Positions 52,401 through 61,256 of a stretch of 64,000 bases of DNA are shown here, piece by piece (position 1 is the stretch's first letter; each line of letters begins with the position of its first letter). The stretch is taken from NCBI GenBank assembly GCA_905178155.1, contig CAJINV010000005.1, positions 6,495,507 to 6,559,506 of the forward strand. Reading direction: 5' to 3'. The notes under the pieces are model-generated. The model was given only the letters and a program-made list of their open reading frames with translations, made no database searches and had not been told where the DNA came from. The position numbers were made by a program, and so were the translations under genes. This DNA comes from Amoebophrya sp. A120 (Eukaryota; Protista; Dinoflagellata).

Positions 52401-55091
52401 GAACCGCCGTCCCGGCGGAAGAAAAAACGCTGCAGATGAAACTGGTAGAGAAGCTGGCCACGAGCAGTTCCTCGCTGGGCGAAAACAATATCAAAAGCAA
52501 AAATCTTTCCTCCCCATATCAAAACGGAGATTTGTGTAGCATGATTTGTGACCACGTATCACGTTGTCATGCTAGAAGGGAAGAGATGCGCACTGCAGTA
52601 CTGGCTGGTGTCTGAAAGCCTTGCGCCTTCAGTATGACAGGAAGCAACTGGAAGCGGAAAACAGCATGACAGACTACCGGCAAGCGAGGCCGCAACTGCG
52701 TCTCTTGGCCTTCAGCAATACAACTCGATGTGTGTACTCCAGTACAGCATCACAAATTTCCTTTTCGATGTGGGGAGGTAGGGGGGTTTGTCCTCACGAT
52801 AGTCAATCAGCAAAATTCATCGTCTTCCGCCAGCACCACGGGGAGCGACGGAGGAGCCCCTGTATCGAGTGCAAATATGTCTGGGTCTGGAAACTTGTGA
52901 TGCAAACCAGGGAATACTGGGCGCACTGGCATACGTGGCCAAGCATGACACGTGTTTGAGCTGCTATGTGTAGCGTATTCTGCATAGCAGATTGCGCTTT
53001 TGCATCATAGACAAAGCGATCTTTTTACACCTACGCATGACAGAGTTCCGGGTCATGTCAGACAAGCATGACAAATCTGGCAATCTTCCAGACCCAGACA
53101 TATTTGCAATGCATACCCTGGTGGCGCAAACAATTATTTTGCAGCAGCTACGGGAGGAACTACAAGCAGAGCAGAGGCAGACGAGCAGAAAGACAACAGA
53201 TCACCGAGACGAGATGAGAACGGAATAAATCAAGCATCAGGAGGTGGAGCTCCTTCCCCCAGTAGCGCGTTTGCGAGTCTGAAAACGAGAATCTTCCTGA
53301 AACTCCTGTCCCTCGGCAGCAACACACTGTGGCTCACCGTGGTAATTGCGGGGGTGACCTTTTTGGTCATGTACCGGCTACTATGCATTGCAAATATGTC
53401 TGGGTCTGGAAAAATGCAACTTGCCATGCTACCTTTGGATTCTAGCTAAAATCTGTATTGCATGAACAGCAAAAGAGGTGCAATTTGTGCTACACGGAGA
53501 GGGCATTTCTCATGCGGTATGAGCATCAGAAAGCCCTCGCAGAATCTCTGATGCTAGGGCATGCACCACAGGCCTCGTGGGTCATGCAAAATCTGCATGA
53601 CAAACTCCTGCATTCTTCCAGACCCAGACATTTTTGCAATTCATAGCTACTCTCGTTCGTCTCCAAGTCCATCGTGTGGGTGTGGTTTCTATGCAATAAA
53701 AGAAATTCTTGTTCCCCGTACAACTGCTACGCGACGTACAAAATGCATCTGAAATTTCGCCATGTCAGAGCAAATAGAAATACAAATACCACTTGTCATG
53801 CTGAGTAGGATTGAAGGCAGCTATTTGGCATGCAGAAAGTGCATTTGCTTTTTGTACAAAAACTCATTTGTACGTCGTGTGCGGAACAGAATTTCCTGTG
53901 GATAGTTTCTCTACGAGCTGTCCTCTACAGCGCAGCAGTCCTCGCACCACCGCGCGGATCCGAACGTGCGGAAGAAACTTGCGATGGCACTGCTGTTCCT
54001 CTCGGCGGATTACTTGTTTCGCCAGAAGTGGTTTTTGGTCCCCGCTTTCGTCATCGACCTGATTCGCATACCGCTCTTGGTTATCAAGTGCAAAAATGTC
54101 TGGGTCTGGAAGAATACATCAAACTTGTGATGCGCATTTCAGAACACAGAAAGATCTCTCATGCATAGGCAGCAAAAGTTGCCCACTTTCTGTCACCAAA
54201 ATCAGGAATTTGTCATGCGGATTCGGCATTGCGAACGCTTCTCGAAACCTGTGATGCTAGAGCTTCCATGCCAGACCCTCTGTGTCATGCAAAAACAGCA
54301 TGACTCTTCCAGATCCAGACCCACACATTTTTGCATTTCATATTGGTGGTTTTCAACCTGTTCGGGGAGCAAATTCTGGATTTTCTCTTAGCGAGCTGCA
54401 TGAGCAGCGCTTTCATCCAGCGAAACTTGGTAATCGGCAACAGCCGGCCCACCAGTCCGGGCGACACCGATAGCAGAGAAGAGGAGGGGGGAGAAGAGGG
54501 CGGGGATGCTGAAACCGACGGTGTAGTAATATCGCCGACGTCTTCTACTTTACGGCGAAACAACTTCCGCGAAGAAGACGATGCAGACAGCACAACTTCC
54601 CCAGTCGCGGCCGAGCCAGCAGGTGTCCTCGACGCGGGAAAGGGCAACATCAACAGCCCCCAGCTGGACTCCCCGGTAGTAGTAGCTTCTGTGCCCAAGA
54701 AAGCAGACCAAGCGGCCGAAGGCACAGAGGGGATCGAGGGTGCGCTAGAGGAGCACCGAGAAGAAGAGACTTCTGTTATCCTGAGCAAAAACGCTCCCAC
54801 ACCAGAGTCAAGATGAGGACTTTGCAACACAAACCTAAGAGCCTTGGACGTTACGCATGACAAGTTGCATTCCATAGTGTAGTGCAGCTTAGCAAGTGCA
54901 GCCGCACCACAGGTCCATATGCTTATCCTGTTCACAGCATCACAAATTCCAAAACACGATTGGAAATGGCTACCATGGGTATGCGCATCACAAATGTCCT
55001 CGTCAATGCAAATCTGCATGACAACTCTGGGGTGGGGACGTTTTTCCTTATGATATCTGTCGCCGCGTCAGACCTGCGGCAACGAAGGTGA
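49433..55091 (+). CDS. Multi-pass membrane protein with HVA22/TB2/DP1 (REEP/Yop1-like) domain, ~660 aa
   Basis: Exons 49433..49528, 49691..49753, 50235..50279, 50539..50640, 50786..50845, 51065..51127, 51373..51440, 51763..52123, 52352..52488, 52807..52862, 53121..53381, 53651..53689, 53910..54081, 54348..54776, 55061..55091 (1983 nt). CLSVYYPVLES|xRAFTSKRNSLCAAWLHYWSL and LIYLVFWQGSDYAFY match the YPxYxSxKA...WLxYW / QGAxYxY pattern. 14 introners. Confidence 0.75.
49529..49685. mobile_element. Introner family B
   Basis: Family B ends; TSD aggtc/aggtc (GT-AG readable). Confidence 0.9.
49754..50229. mobile_element. Introner family C, enlarged by internal insertions
   Basis: Family C TIR; TSD cacac/cacac; collinear with 54777-55055 plus extra GC-rich segments. 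Confidence 0.9.
50280..50533. mobile_element. Introner family A
   Basis: Family A TIR; TSD cgttc/ctttc. Confidence 0.92.
50641..50780. mobile_element. Introner family B
   Basis: Family B ends; TSD aggta/aggta (GT-AG readable). Confidence 0.9.
50846..51059. mobile_element. Introner, group D
   Basis: TATGCAAGGAAAAAA..AAGTGTAA / TTACACTT..TTTTTCCTGGATA; TSD gggcc/gggcc. Confidence 0.88.
51128..51367. mobile_element. Introner family H
   Basis: Perfect 29-bp TIR TATAACCCGCTCAGGTGTTACAATCTCAA; TSD agctc/agctc. Confidence 0.95.
51441..51757. mobile_element. Introner family E with variant ends (TAG..ATG)
   Basis: Family E body (GATATGGGGAGGGGGGAT); TSD tcctt/tccgt; removal restores the HVA22-like motif. 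Confidence 0.75.
52124..52346. mobile_element. Introner family B, degenerate
   Basis: TATGCATTGC..ATCGTACT / AGTACGAT..GCAGCATA; TSD tcaaa/gcaaa. Confidence 0.78.
52489..52801. mobile_element. Introner family E
   Basis: Family E TIR; TSD aacaa/gtcaa. Confidence 0.85.
52863..53115. mobile_element. Introner family A
   Basis: Family A TIR; TSD ccctg/ccctg. Confidence 0.93.
53382..53645. mobile_element. Introner family A
   Basis: Family A TIR; TSD gctac/gctac. Confidence 0.93.
53690..53904. mobile_element. Introner, group D (distinct TIR)
   Basis: TATGCAATAAAAGAAATTCTTGTTCC / GGAACAGAATTTCCTGTGGATA; TSD gtttc/gtttc. Confidence 0.87.
54082..54342. mobile_element. Introner family A
   Basis: Family A TIR; TSD ttggt/ttggt. 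Confidence 0.92.
54777..55055. mobile_element. Introner family C
   Basis: Family C TIR; TSD tctgt/tctgt. Confidence 0.92.
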
Positions 55092-55925
55092 GGCAAGGGT
55101 AGCAGGTATGATATTAACTTCCAGCTGTGAAGGACGAGCAACATTTATTATAGGATTGCACGTTGAGGACCACGAAAGACGCAAAATTTTTGCACACTTA
55201 GGGCCGATAAACCTTTGTCGTAATGAAAAACTTTCCCACCCCCCCAGCTACGACGGCCCACGGCCCAGAGTTCCAAGAACTTGGTTTAAGAAGTCGAGTT
55301 TTAAGCAGTCAACTCACAGCGGCAGTGATGCTATAGTGTATCTCTCTGAAGATGACTCCATGAGGATAAAAAGAGTGCCAACCCCAGGGTGCTGCTGCGC
55401 TGATCCGCTGTTTTCAACCGTCGTTATTTGTTCCGCACCGCCCTCTTCGTTGAAGCTCTTGTAGAAATCCTGTTGATGTCTGTCGTTTTCACTTTCTCTT
55501 TTCCTTGTACACGATTCTTGCTCTTTTAGTCAGTAGGTCCCGGCGCAGAAGGTCGGTCGTAGCGTTGTAATTTCTAAGTGCTGGTTTTATTATTTTTCTT
55601 GCAGCAGCTACTACGCTTCGGTTTATCTTTATGTTCGGTTTCTCTGTGGTGTACCTGTAGTCTATCGAGTGATCCTCCTCGTGTAAAAAGGAGTGTACGT
55701 AAAAAATCGGGCTGCAACGGGTATATAGAAAACAAGTTCCAAAAAGTCTTGTTTATGCAAAGATTACGAACGACAAATCATGACCCAAGCAGACGACGTC
55801 GGGCCTCCTGATAATTCTAATCCCACCAGCGCTCCTGCTGTAGTTTGACGACTGGGAAAAGATAGCAGTGCTTCCGCTTGCCGACCTAGGTGCGTAGTGG
55901 TAGTGGACCGAAAGCTCAAGGAGTC

Positions 55926-58900
55926 ATGCCGGCTGGTATCTTAAAGGCGGCGATGAAGGAGCAAAAACCAAAATCATCTTTCCCCCACTTGGTGTTTGTG
56001 TACGGGATATCAAATGCAAAAGTGTCTGGGTCTGGAAGAATGCATGTTTGTCATGCTTGTCTGGCATGACACTTAAATCTGTCATGCACGTTACCCAAGA
56101 GCTCCATTTTTCTGTGATGCAGGAACGCAGTTTGTCATGCAGAACAGGCAACACCTAGAAGCTCAGAAACTTGTCATGCTGAGCCAGCATTTGTGGCCTT
56201 ATGATGAGACGCCACCCAGCATCACAAGTTTCCAGACCCAGACATTTTTACATTTGATACGGGACTTTGAAAAAAGATTTTTTCAACTACAACCGCTTTA
56301 TATCAAATGTAAAAATGTCTGGGTCTGGAAGATTGCCAGGTTTGTCATGCACATTTTGCATGACTCCTGATGTCTGTGATGCATGCCCTAGAATCACAGA
56401 TTTTGTGAGGGCTTCCCAATGCCTATACCGCATGACAAATGCTCTTTCCGTGTAGCAAAACTTGGACTCTCTTTGCTGCTCATGCAATACAGACTTTTTT
56501 GGAATCCAAAATCAGCATGACAAGTTGGATTCTTCCAGACCCAGACATTTTTACAGTTGATACTTTATGAAAGCGAAGGAAAACTTATCCGCTGGGAAAA
56601 GTAGAACGAAGTCCGTGCTGTCTACAGCTCACTCTGGTTTTCTGCATGCTGCTGGGTTGCTATTTGATGTACATGACGATGGACTAAAAACGTTTGTCCC
56701 CACGAGGGCGGGCAACATAGGGCCCTGGGCAAGGCTGCTGGCCCTGGGCAAGGCCCCGATGCTCTGCTAGGGCCCTGGGCAAGGCTGCTGGCCCGGCCTG
56801 CCCATCGCCGCAAAGAAGGGAAGGTTGTTAGCCCACGACAGAACGCATGCCGGCGCGCGCTCGCCCGCTGCTTGTCATGGCGGGGGCGGGGGCGCGGCGC
56901 CCTTGGCGCTTATTCGTGGCGGCCCTGGCTTTCTTCCGGGGCCTACGCCTCTTGCCCATGCTTTGGCTCCGGCCTTCGGCCTTCCGCTCGGTGGGGCGAA
57001 GATACGGCGGCCCCGCCCCCCTTGGTGCGCGCCCGGTTTGGCGCCCTGCGTGAGATCCTCGGCGGCCAGCGGCGCCGCGGCGTCCCAACTTTAACGGGCG
57101 CCACCCCTGCGATTGGCCACAGAGCCACCGAGCGTGTCTGTGTGCCCGCACCCACAAAGGGGGCGGCGCCAAGGCCCTCGCCACGGAGGCGGTGCGCCGA
57201 ATCCCTGGGAAAGCGAAGACGCAGCCTGATGCGGCGCGGCATCGTCGGCGTCTTGGCAAGCTGCTCCCGCCCTCGATTTGCCCTCAGTGTGGTAGCGTGG
57301 CGGGGCGCGGGCATCTACAACGCCCAGGAGCGTGCTCCCAGTTGCATGCGGGGAGGCCGCGGCGCCTGGCTAACAGCGAAGGCCCCGCGGCGGGCCCGCG
57401 AAAAAGTGGGGCGCGGAGGAGCTGGGCGCGGCCGGTCACCAAGTGGACAGACGCAGGCCCTGCAGGAATTGGGCGCGATGTCTTCAAGTGTTGCCGGGCT
57501 GCTTGGATCCCCACTCGTGATGGGGAAAAAATTTCGCATCAAAATTTTCAGCATACTTGAGAAAAGCGCACCTGACTCCACCATAGGGTTGCTATTTGTA
57601 CATGACGATGCACTAAAAACGTTTGTCCCCACGAGGGCGGGCAACATTTGTTTCTCTAGCAATAGAGTTTGAGCATGTTATCGAGGACCGCAACAACGGA
57701 AAATGGTGCTAATCGTCGAAGCTTGTCCTGCGACACGCTTGCAGAACACCAGAATAGCTGCGGCATTTTAGTATAGCAGTTCTGCTTCTGACACTTGGCA
57801 GGCTTTTGACTATAAGTAGCTGAGGACGTTCATTTTACGTCGGATAGAACCTTCACTGGACATTGGTCTCAAGCCACGCCGTGCTCTATGGGAGTGCACA
57901 ACCCCCCCTGCCCCTCATTTGCCATGCAAAATACCAAATCCACGCGTTGCCTCTTGGCATTGTCTGCATGACAAGTTCAGGCAACCCAAACAGCACTACA
58001 ATCCTTTATGCAAAACCTGCACTCTTGCAGATGTCAATGTTGCTATTGCTGTTCATGCCTTAGCCTTACAAATGAATGGGAGTGGGAGTTGTGCACTCTC
58101 ATATGCTCGAGTCCGCGCGTATCCGTGCCTTTTTTGTCGACTGCTACTACACCCCGTATTTGGTGCTGGCACCGGAGCAGGACAAAAATAAGGTGCAGCC
58201 ACCTGTGGATGCAGAAATATTAAGTGGAGGAGATTTATATGTAGTGAGGTCACCGAACGGTTCTAACCTGGCAGTTTTCTTGCCATGAAGTGCCAAAAAC
58301 GACCGGCAGTTTTGAAGCCTGTAAAGCGTTTTTTTGCATGAAAAAGCTCGCAGCGTGCAAGCCTGTTTGGCTTTGCCTTCAACGAATCGCCTGCGGAAAC
58401 TATCGGTCGCCGCTTGATAAAACGACGCAGGGGCGCCGGCAAAAGGGGCGCCCTTCTGAGGCGCCCACCGCCTTAGTTTCTGGCGATTTGGGGCGCCCAA
58501 AAGGGCGCCCGAAAAAAACGCGCCAAAAATCAGAACAGCGAAACCGCATGGCACGGCCGCGATTTCGGAGCATTTTGGGCGGCCGCGAAAGCGGCCGCCT
58601 TTTCGCCCGTTTCTAAGCGGGAGAAGCTTTGCAAAAAGCGCCGGCGCGAAAAATAAAAACGCAAAAAAGAAAAAGCGCGCCGGACGCGCGAAGCCAATCC
58701 GCATGCTATGGGCCCGAATTTTCTTTGGTTTTTGGGCGCCCCCCGTGGCGCCAGAATCGGGCCCATAGCGTCGGGGTTGGCTTTCTTAAGGGAATTCCGG
58801 AAATTTGCCAAAAATCTGTTATGTTTTTCAAGCGGCCGCCATACCGTGCGGCATAACCTTACCCACGGCGGCACGGAGGGCCCACAAAAAGCAGGCGCCC

Positions 58901-60783
58901 TTCCGGCCCGCGGCCAAGGTGGGGGCAAGAAAGCGCCACCGACCTCACTACCTCCGCCACGGCGGCTATATTTGGTTATGTTCTGAGAAACCAGGGCTAG
59001 CACAAGCAGAACTAGCACTAGGGGAAAAGCTACAACAGAGCAAGACCGCCCACGGAGAACTCTACCGCGTCGACGATGTGTATGGAAGTACCAGGTTTTT
59101 GGAAAGTGACAGAAAGAAAGTTGGTGCAATCAGTCATGGATAAAATTATCGACTGCACCAGTTTGAGTTTCACACACCATTTCTGAGGGTTGCGTGACAA
59201 CTTGTGTCCATGGATTTATCAGACTCAACTTGTCATTCTGTAGTTCATCGCAATAAACGTAAACCTAGGTCAGCTCCTATTATGGAAACCCAATCCCCGC
59301 GAGGCCGCTAAGCAGGCCTACAACCGGCCTCACTTGACACCCATGACAAGACAGGCACGACTTTGTGGCCGGGATTTCATGCATGATACAAGTTTTGCTG
59401 CAAAACTTTTGCAGCCCTTTCGTTTATTCCCAACCTGAAGCTACTTCCATAATATCATGCTGGCGGAGCTCGACGAGCTTGAGGGCATTGCGCGTATCCC
59501 GCGTGAAAACGTACCCGTAATTGCAATTGCAATTTGTCATGCGTAGTTGTTTTCGGTACCATAGTGCTACTCTGTTTATGTTCAATGCATGACTCTCGAA
59601 AAGATTCACTTCTGGATCTGTCGTTCAGAAATCCTCTCTGGACCACTCTGGGGTATAGCAAGTAAGCATGTATTTCTAGGTACGTTTTCTTCAAGTGATA
59701 ACGCGGGACCGGTACACAAGGTCGGTGGTGAGAGTCGAAGCGCAGACTTGCGACGTTTCCGAGGAAGCAAAAGCAATGCAACAGGAAATAAATCCTGTAT
59801 CAGCAACGCCTGGACGAGGTCCAGGACGAGCGGGGGAGCAAGAAACTGCGTATTATTTCGATGCGTTCGTGTACCATCTGAGGGCCGAGAAGGTGCCGAC
59901 CGAGATTCTAGAGGGTGCCTCATCTATGCCGTCGTCGATTCGCTTCATCGAAAATTATGCTTTAGTATGGGACGACCAGACAGTGACAGTAGTGCTGCAC
60001 AGTTCGCCCCTGGTTGTTCCCCTCCTTTGAAGGACAAGTATCGCGTCATCAGTCGCAACAGAAACAATGGCGCATAAAATCACGGAGTTTCTATTGCAAA
60101 GGATGAATTGTAAGAGCTCACGCGCGGACCCGGACGAGAGCTTGTCATGCAGATCTGGCGTGGTATCGGTATGCGCCAGGCCCGGAAGAAGAGCTTGTCT
60201 TGCAGGGCGCCGCCAAAATATAGGAAGGAGGAAAGCATCCGGAATAATTGCAGGCTTGCATGACAAATTACGAATGGGACGCCCTGCCCTTAGCCTTCCA
60301 ACATGACAAATTACGAATGCGGGGGAAAGAAGTACACGTAAGGATTTGCAGCAGGACTGCAGCACTTCCATACCTCGAAAAGCACCGGCAAAACTACGTG
60401 GTGAAAGTATTGTGAGCAAAAATTCCCCCTCCCATATCGAAGAGGCGTGCTTTTCAAAATTTGTGATGCTGATTTGTGGCCACAAATCGAGTCTGTCTTG
60501 CAAGAGAGCAAAGCCAGAGCTGCCGCCGCATTTCGCAGGCGATTTGTAATGCTGCTGCGCCAATAGGGCAGACGTCTGCCATGCTAAGTGACTACCTCAA
60601 GCCACCCCTTTCCGGGCTTTGTATCTGCCTGCAGTGCTCTACTGCAAGACAAAGCTGATTTGTGTACGCAAATACAGCGCCACAGACTTCCCTTTCGATA
60701 TGGGGAGGGGGGATTTTTCATTTTGATAGAAAGAAGAGCGCGACATGTCCAGGTACCAACCAGACTGGGGTGGCTACGTCTAG
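55926..60783 (+). CDS. Gamma-glutamylcyclotransferase, GGACT/AIG2-like family, ~250 aa
   Basis: Exons 55926..56007, 56265..56300, 56568..56610, 57874..57886, 58109..58223, 58995..59080, 59457..59494, 59706..59965, 60378..60407, 60734..60783 (753 nt). Motifs LVFVYG|TLKKDFFN, GELYRVDDx|MLAELDELEG, YTRSVVRV, FDAFVY. Seven introners; the two GT-AG introns (56611-57873, 58224-58994) are less certain. Confidence 0.82.
56008..56259. mobile_element. Introner family A
   Basis: Family A TIR; TSD cggga/cggga; splits the VYG|TLK motif. Confidence 0.95.
56301..56562. mobile_element. Introner family A
   Basis: Family A TIR; TSD cttta/cttta. Confidence 0.93.
56654..57647. repeat. ~63-bp direct repeats flanking a ~870-bp GC-rich insert (intronic)
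   Basis: GGGTTGCTATTTG..ACATGACGATG.ACTAAAAACGTTTGTCCCCACGAGGGCGGGCAACAT at 56654-56718 and 57586-57647. Confidence 0.8.
57887..58103. mobile_element. Introner family F
   Basis: TATGGGAGTGCACAAC / GTTGTGCACTCTCATA; TSD tgctc/tgctc; similar to 41034-41249. Confidence 0.92.
58241..58951. mobile_element. Putative GC-rich TIR element in an intron
   Basis: 11-bp inverted repeat GTAGTGAGGTC / GACCTCACTAC; no clear TSD. Confidence 0.5.
59081..59451. mobile_element. Introner family J
   Basis: TATGGAAGTA / TACTTCCATA; TSD atgtg/atatc; removal joins YRVDDx|MLAELDELE. Confidence 0.85.
59495..59700. mobile_element. Introner, family C-like (short)
   Basis: TATC..GAAAACGTACC / GGTACGTTTTC..GATA; TSD gcgcg/acgcg. 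Confidence 0.85.
59966..60372. mobile_element. Introner family J-like, degenerate
   Basis: TATGGGA[18 nt]AGTGCTGCA / TGCAGCACTTCCATA; TSD tttag/cctcg; removal gives ENYAL|EKHRQNYV. Confidence 0.68.
60408..60728. mobile_element. Introner family E
   Basis: Family E TIR; TSD gaaag/gaaag. Confidence 0.9.
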
Positions 60784-61087
60784 TTGGTGATTTAAAGTGC
60801 TTGTGAAACAAGGTAGAATCTTCGAAGAAGAAGGTTTAGAAGTTGTGCTACATCTTCTGCTCTGTCGAAGGGGGTTTCCAATTCCATTGCGCGCTTGTCA
60901 GGCACGACGAGCACTGACAAATGATTGACAACATTGGAGAAAAACTACAACGAAAATCTGAGAGGGATTTTTTCCATTTAGCTACTAGGACCACTTGTTG
61001 TTCTGTCGCCAAGTGTGTTTTCCAAGAAGCTCTGCAATAATGAAGGAGTCGCTATTTACTCGTAGTGGTTTTGATGTGTAGATACCT

Positions 61088-61256
61088 CCCGCCCTTGCAG
61101 GGAAGGGGGGCTACCAGCAGGTAGTCAATTGTTCGGCTGCGAACTACATCATAGCGCAGACTTTGCTAACGAACAACCCGCCCTTGCAGGGAAGGGAAGC
61201 TATCGGATGCTAGTTAAGTATTTAGAACAAAAAGCCTCGCCCTTGTAGGGAGGGGC
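61088..61256. repeat. Three spaced copies of a ~20-bp hairpin motif CCCGCCCTTGCAGGGAAGGG
   Basis: Copies at 61088, 61177, 61236. Confidence 0.7.

Noticed and set aside
49433-55091. PIG-U/GT-C assignment for the membrane protein
   Set aside because: Only a superficial N-terminal resemblance; the YP..S.RA...WL.YW motif fits HVA22/TB2/DP1 better.
55910-55925. GCTCAAG upstream of the GGACT ATG as a relic dinoflagellate spliced leader
   Set aside because: Only 7 nt match the SL 3' end; compatible with chance.
4772-56562. Recurring peptides in the ORF track ([29 protein letters not shown]) as a repeated protein domain
   Set aside because: They are translations of the family A TIR in different frames.
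40089-56562. Repeats alternating with short unique segments as a CRISPR array
   Set aside because: Repeats are inverted pairs, spacing is irregular, the unique segments are exons, and no cas genes are present.
58213-58990. agaaa-TAT...agaaa as another introner
   Set aside because: No ATA right end, and removal puts the next exon out of the GELYRVDD frame; a GT-AG intron 58224-58994 fits.
38630-60783. Fragmented ORFs as pseudogenes
   Set aside because: After removing the elements no stops or frameshifts remain and domain motifs are intact.
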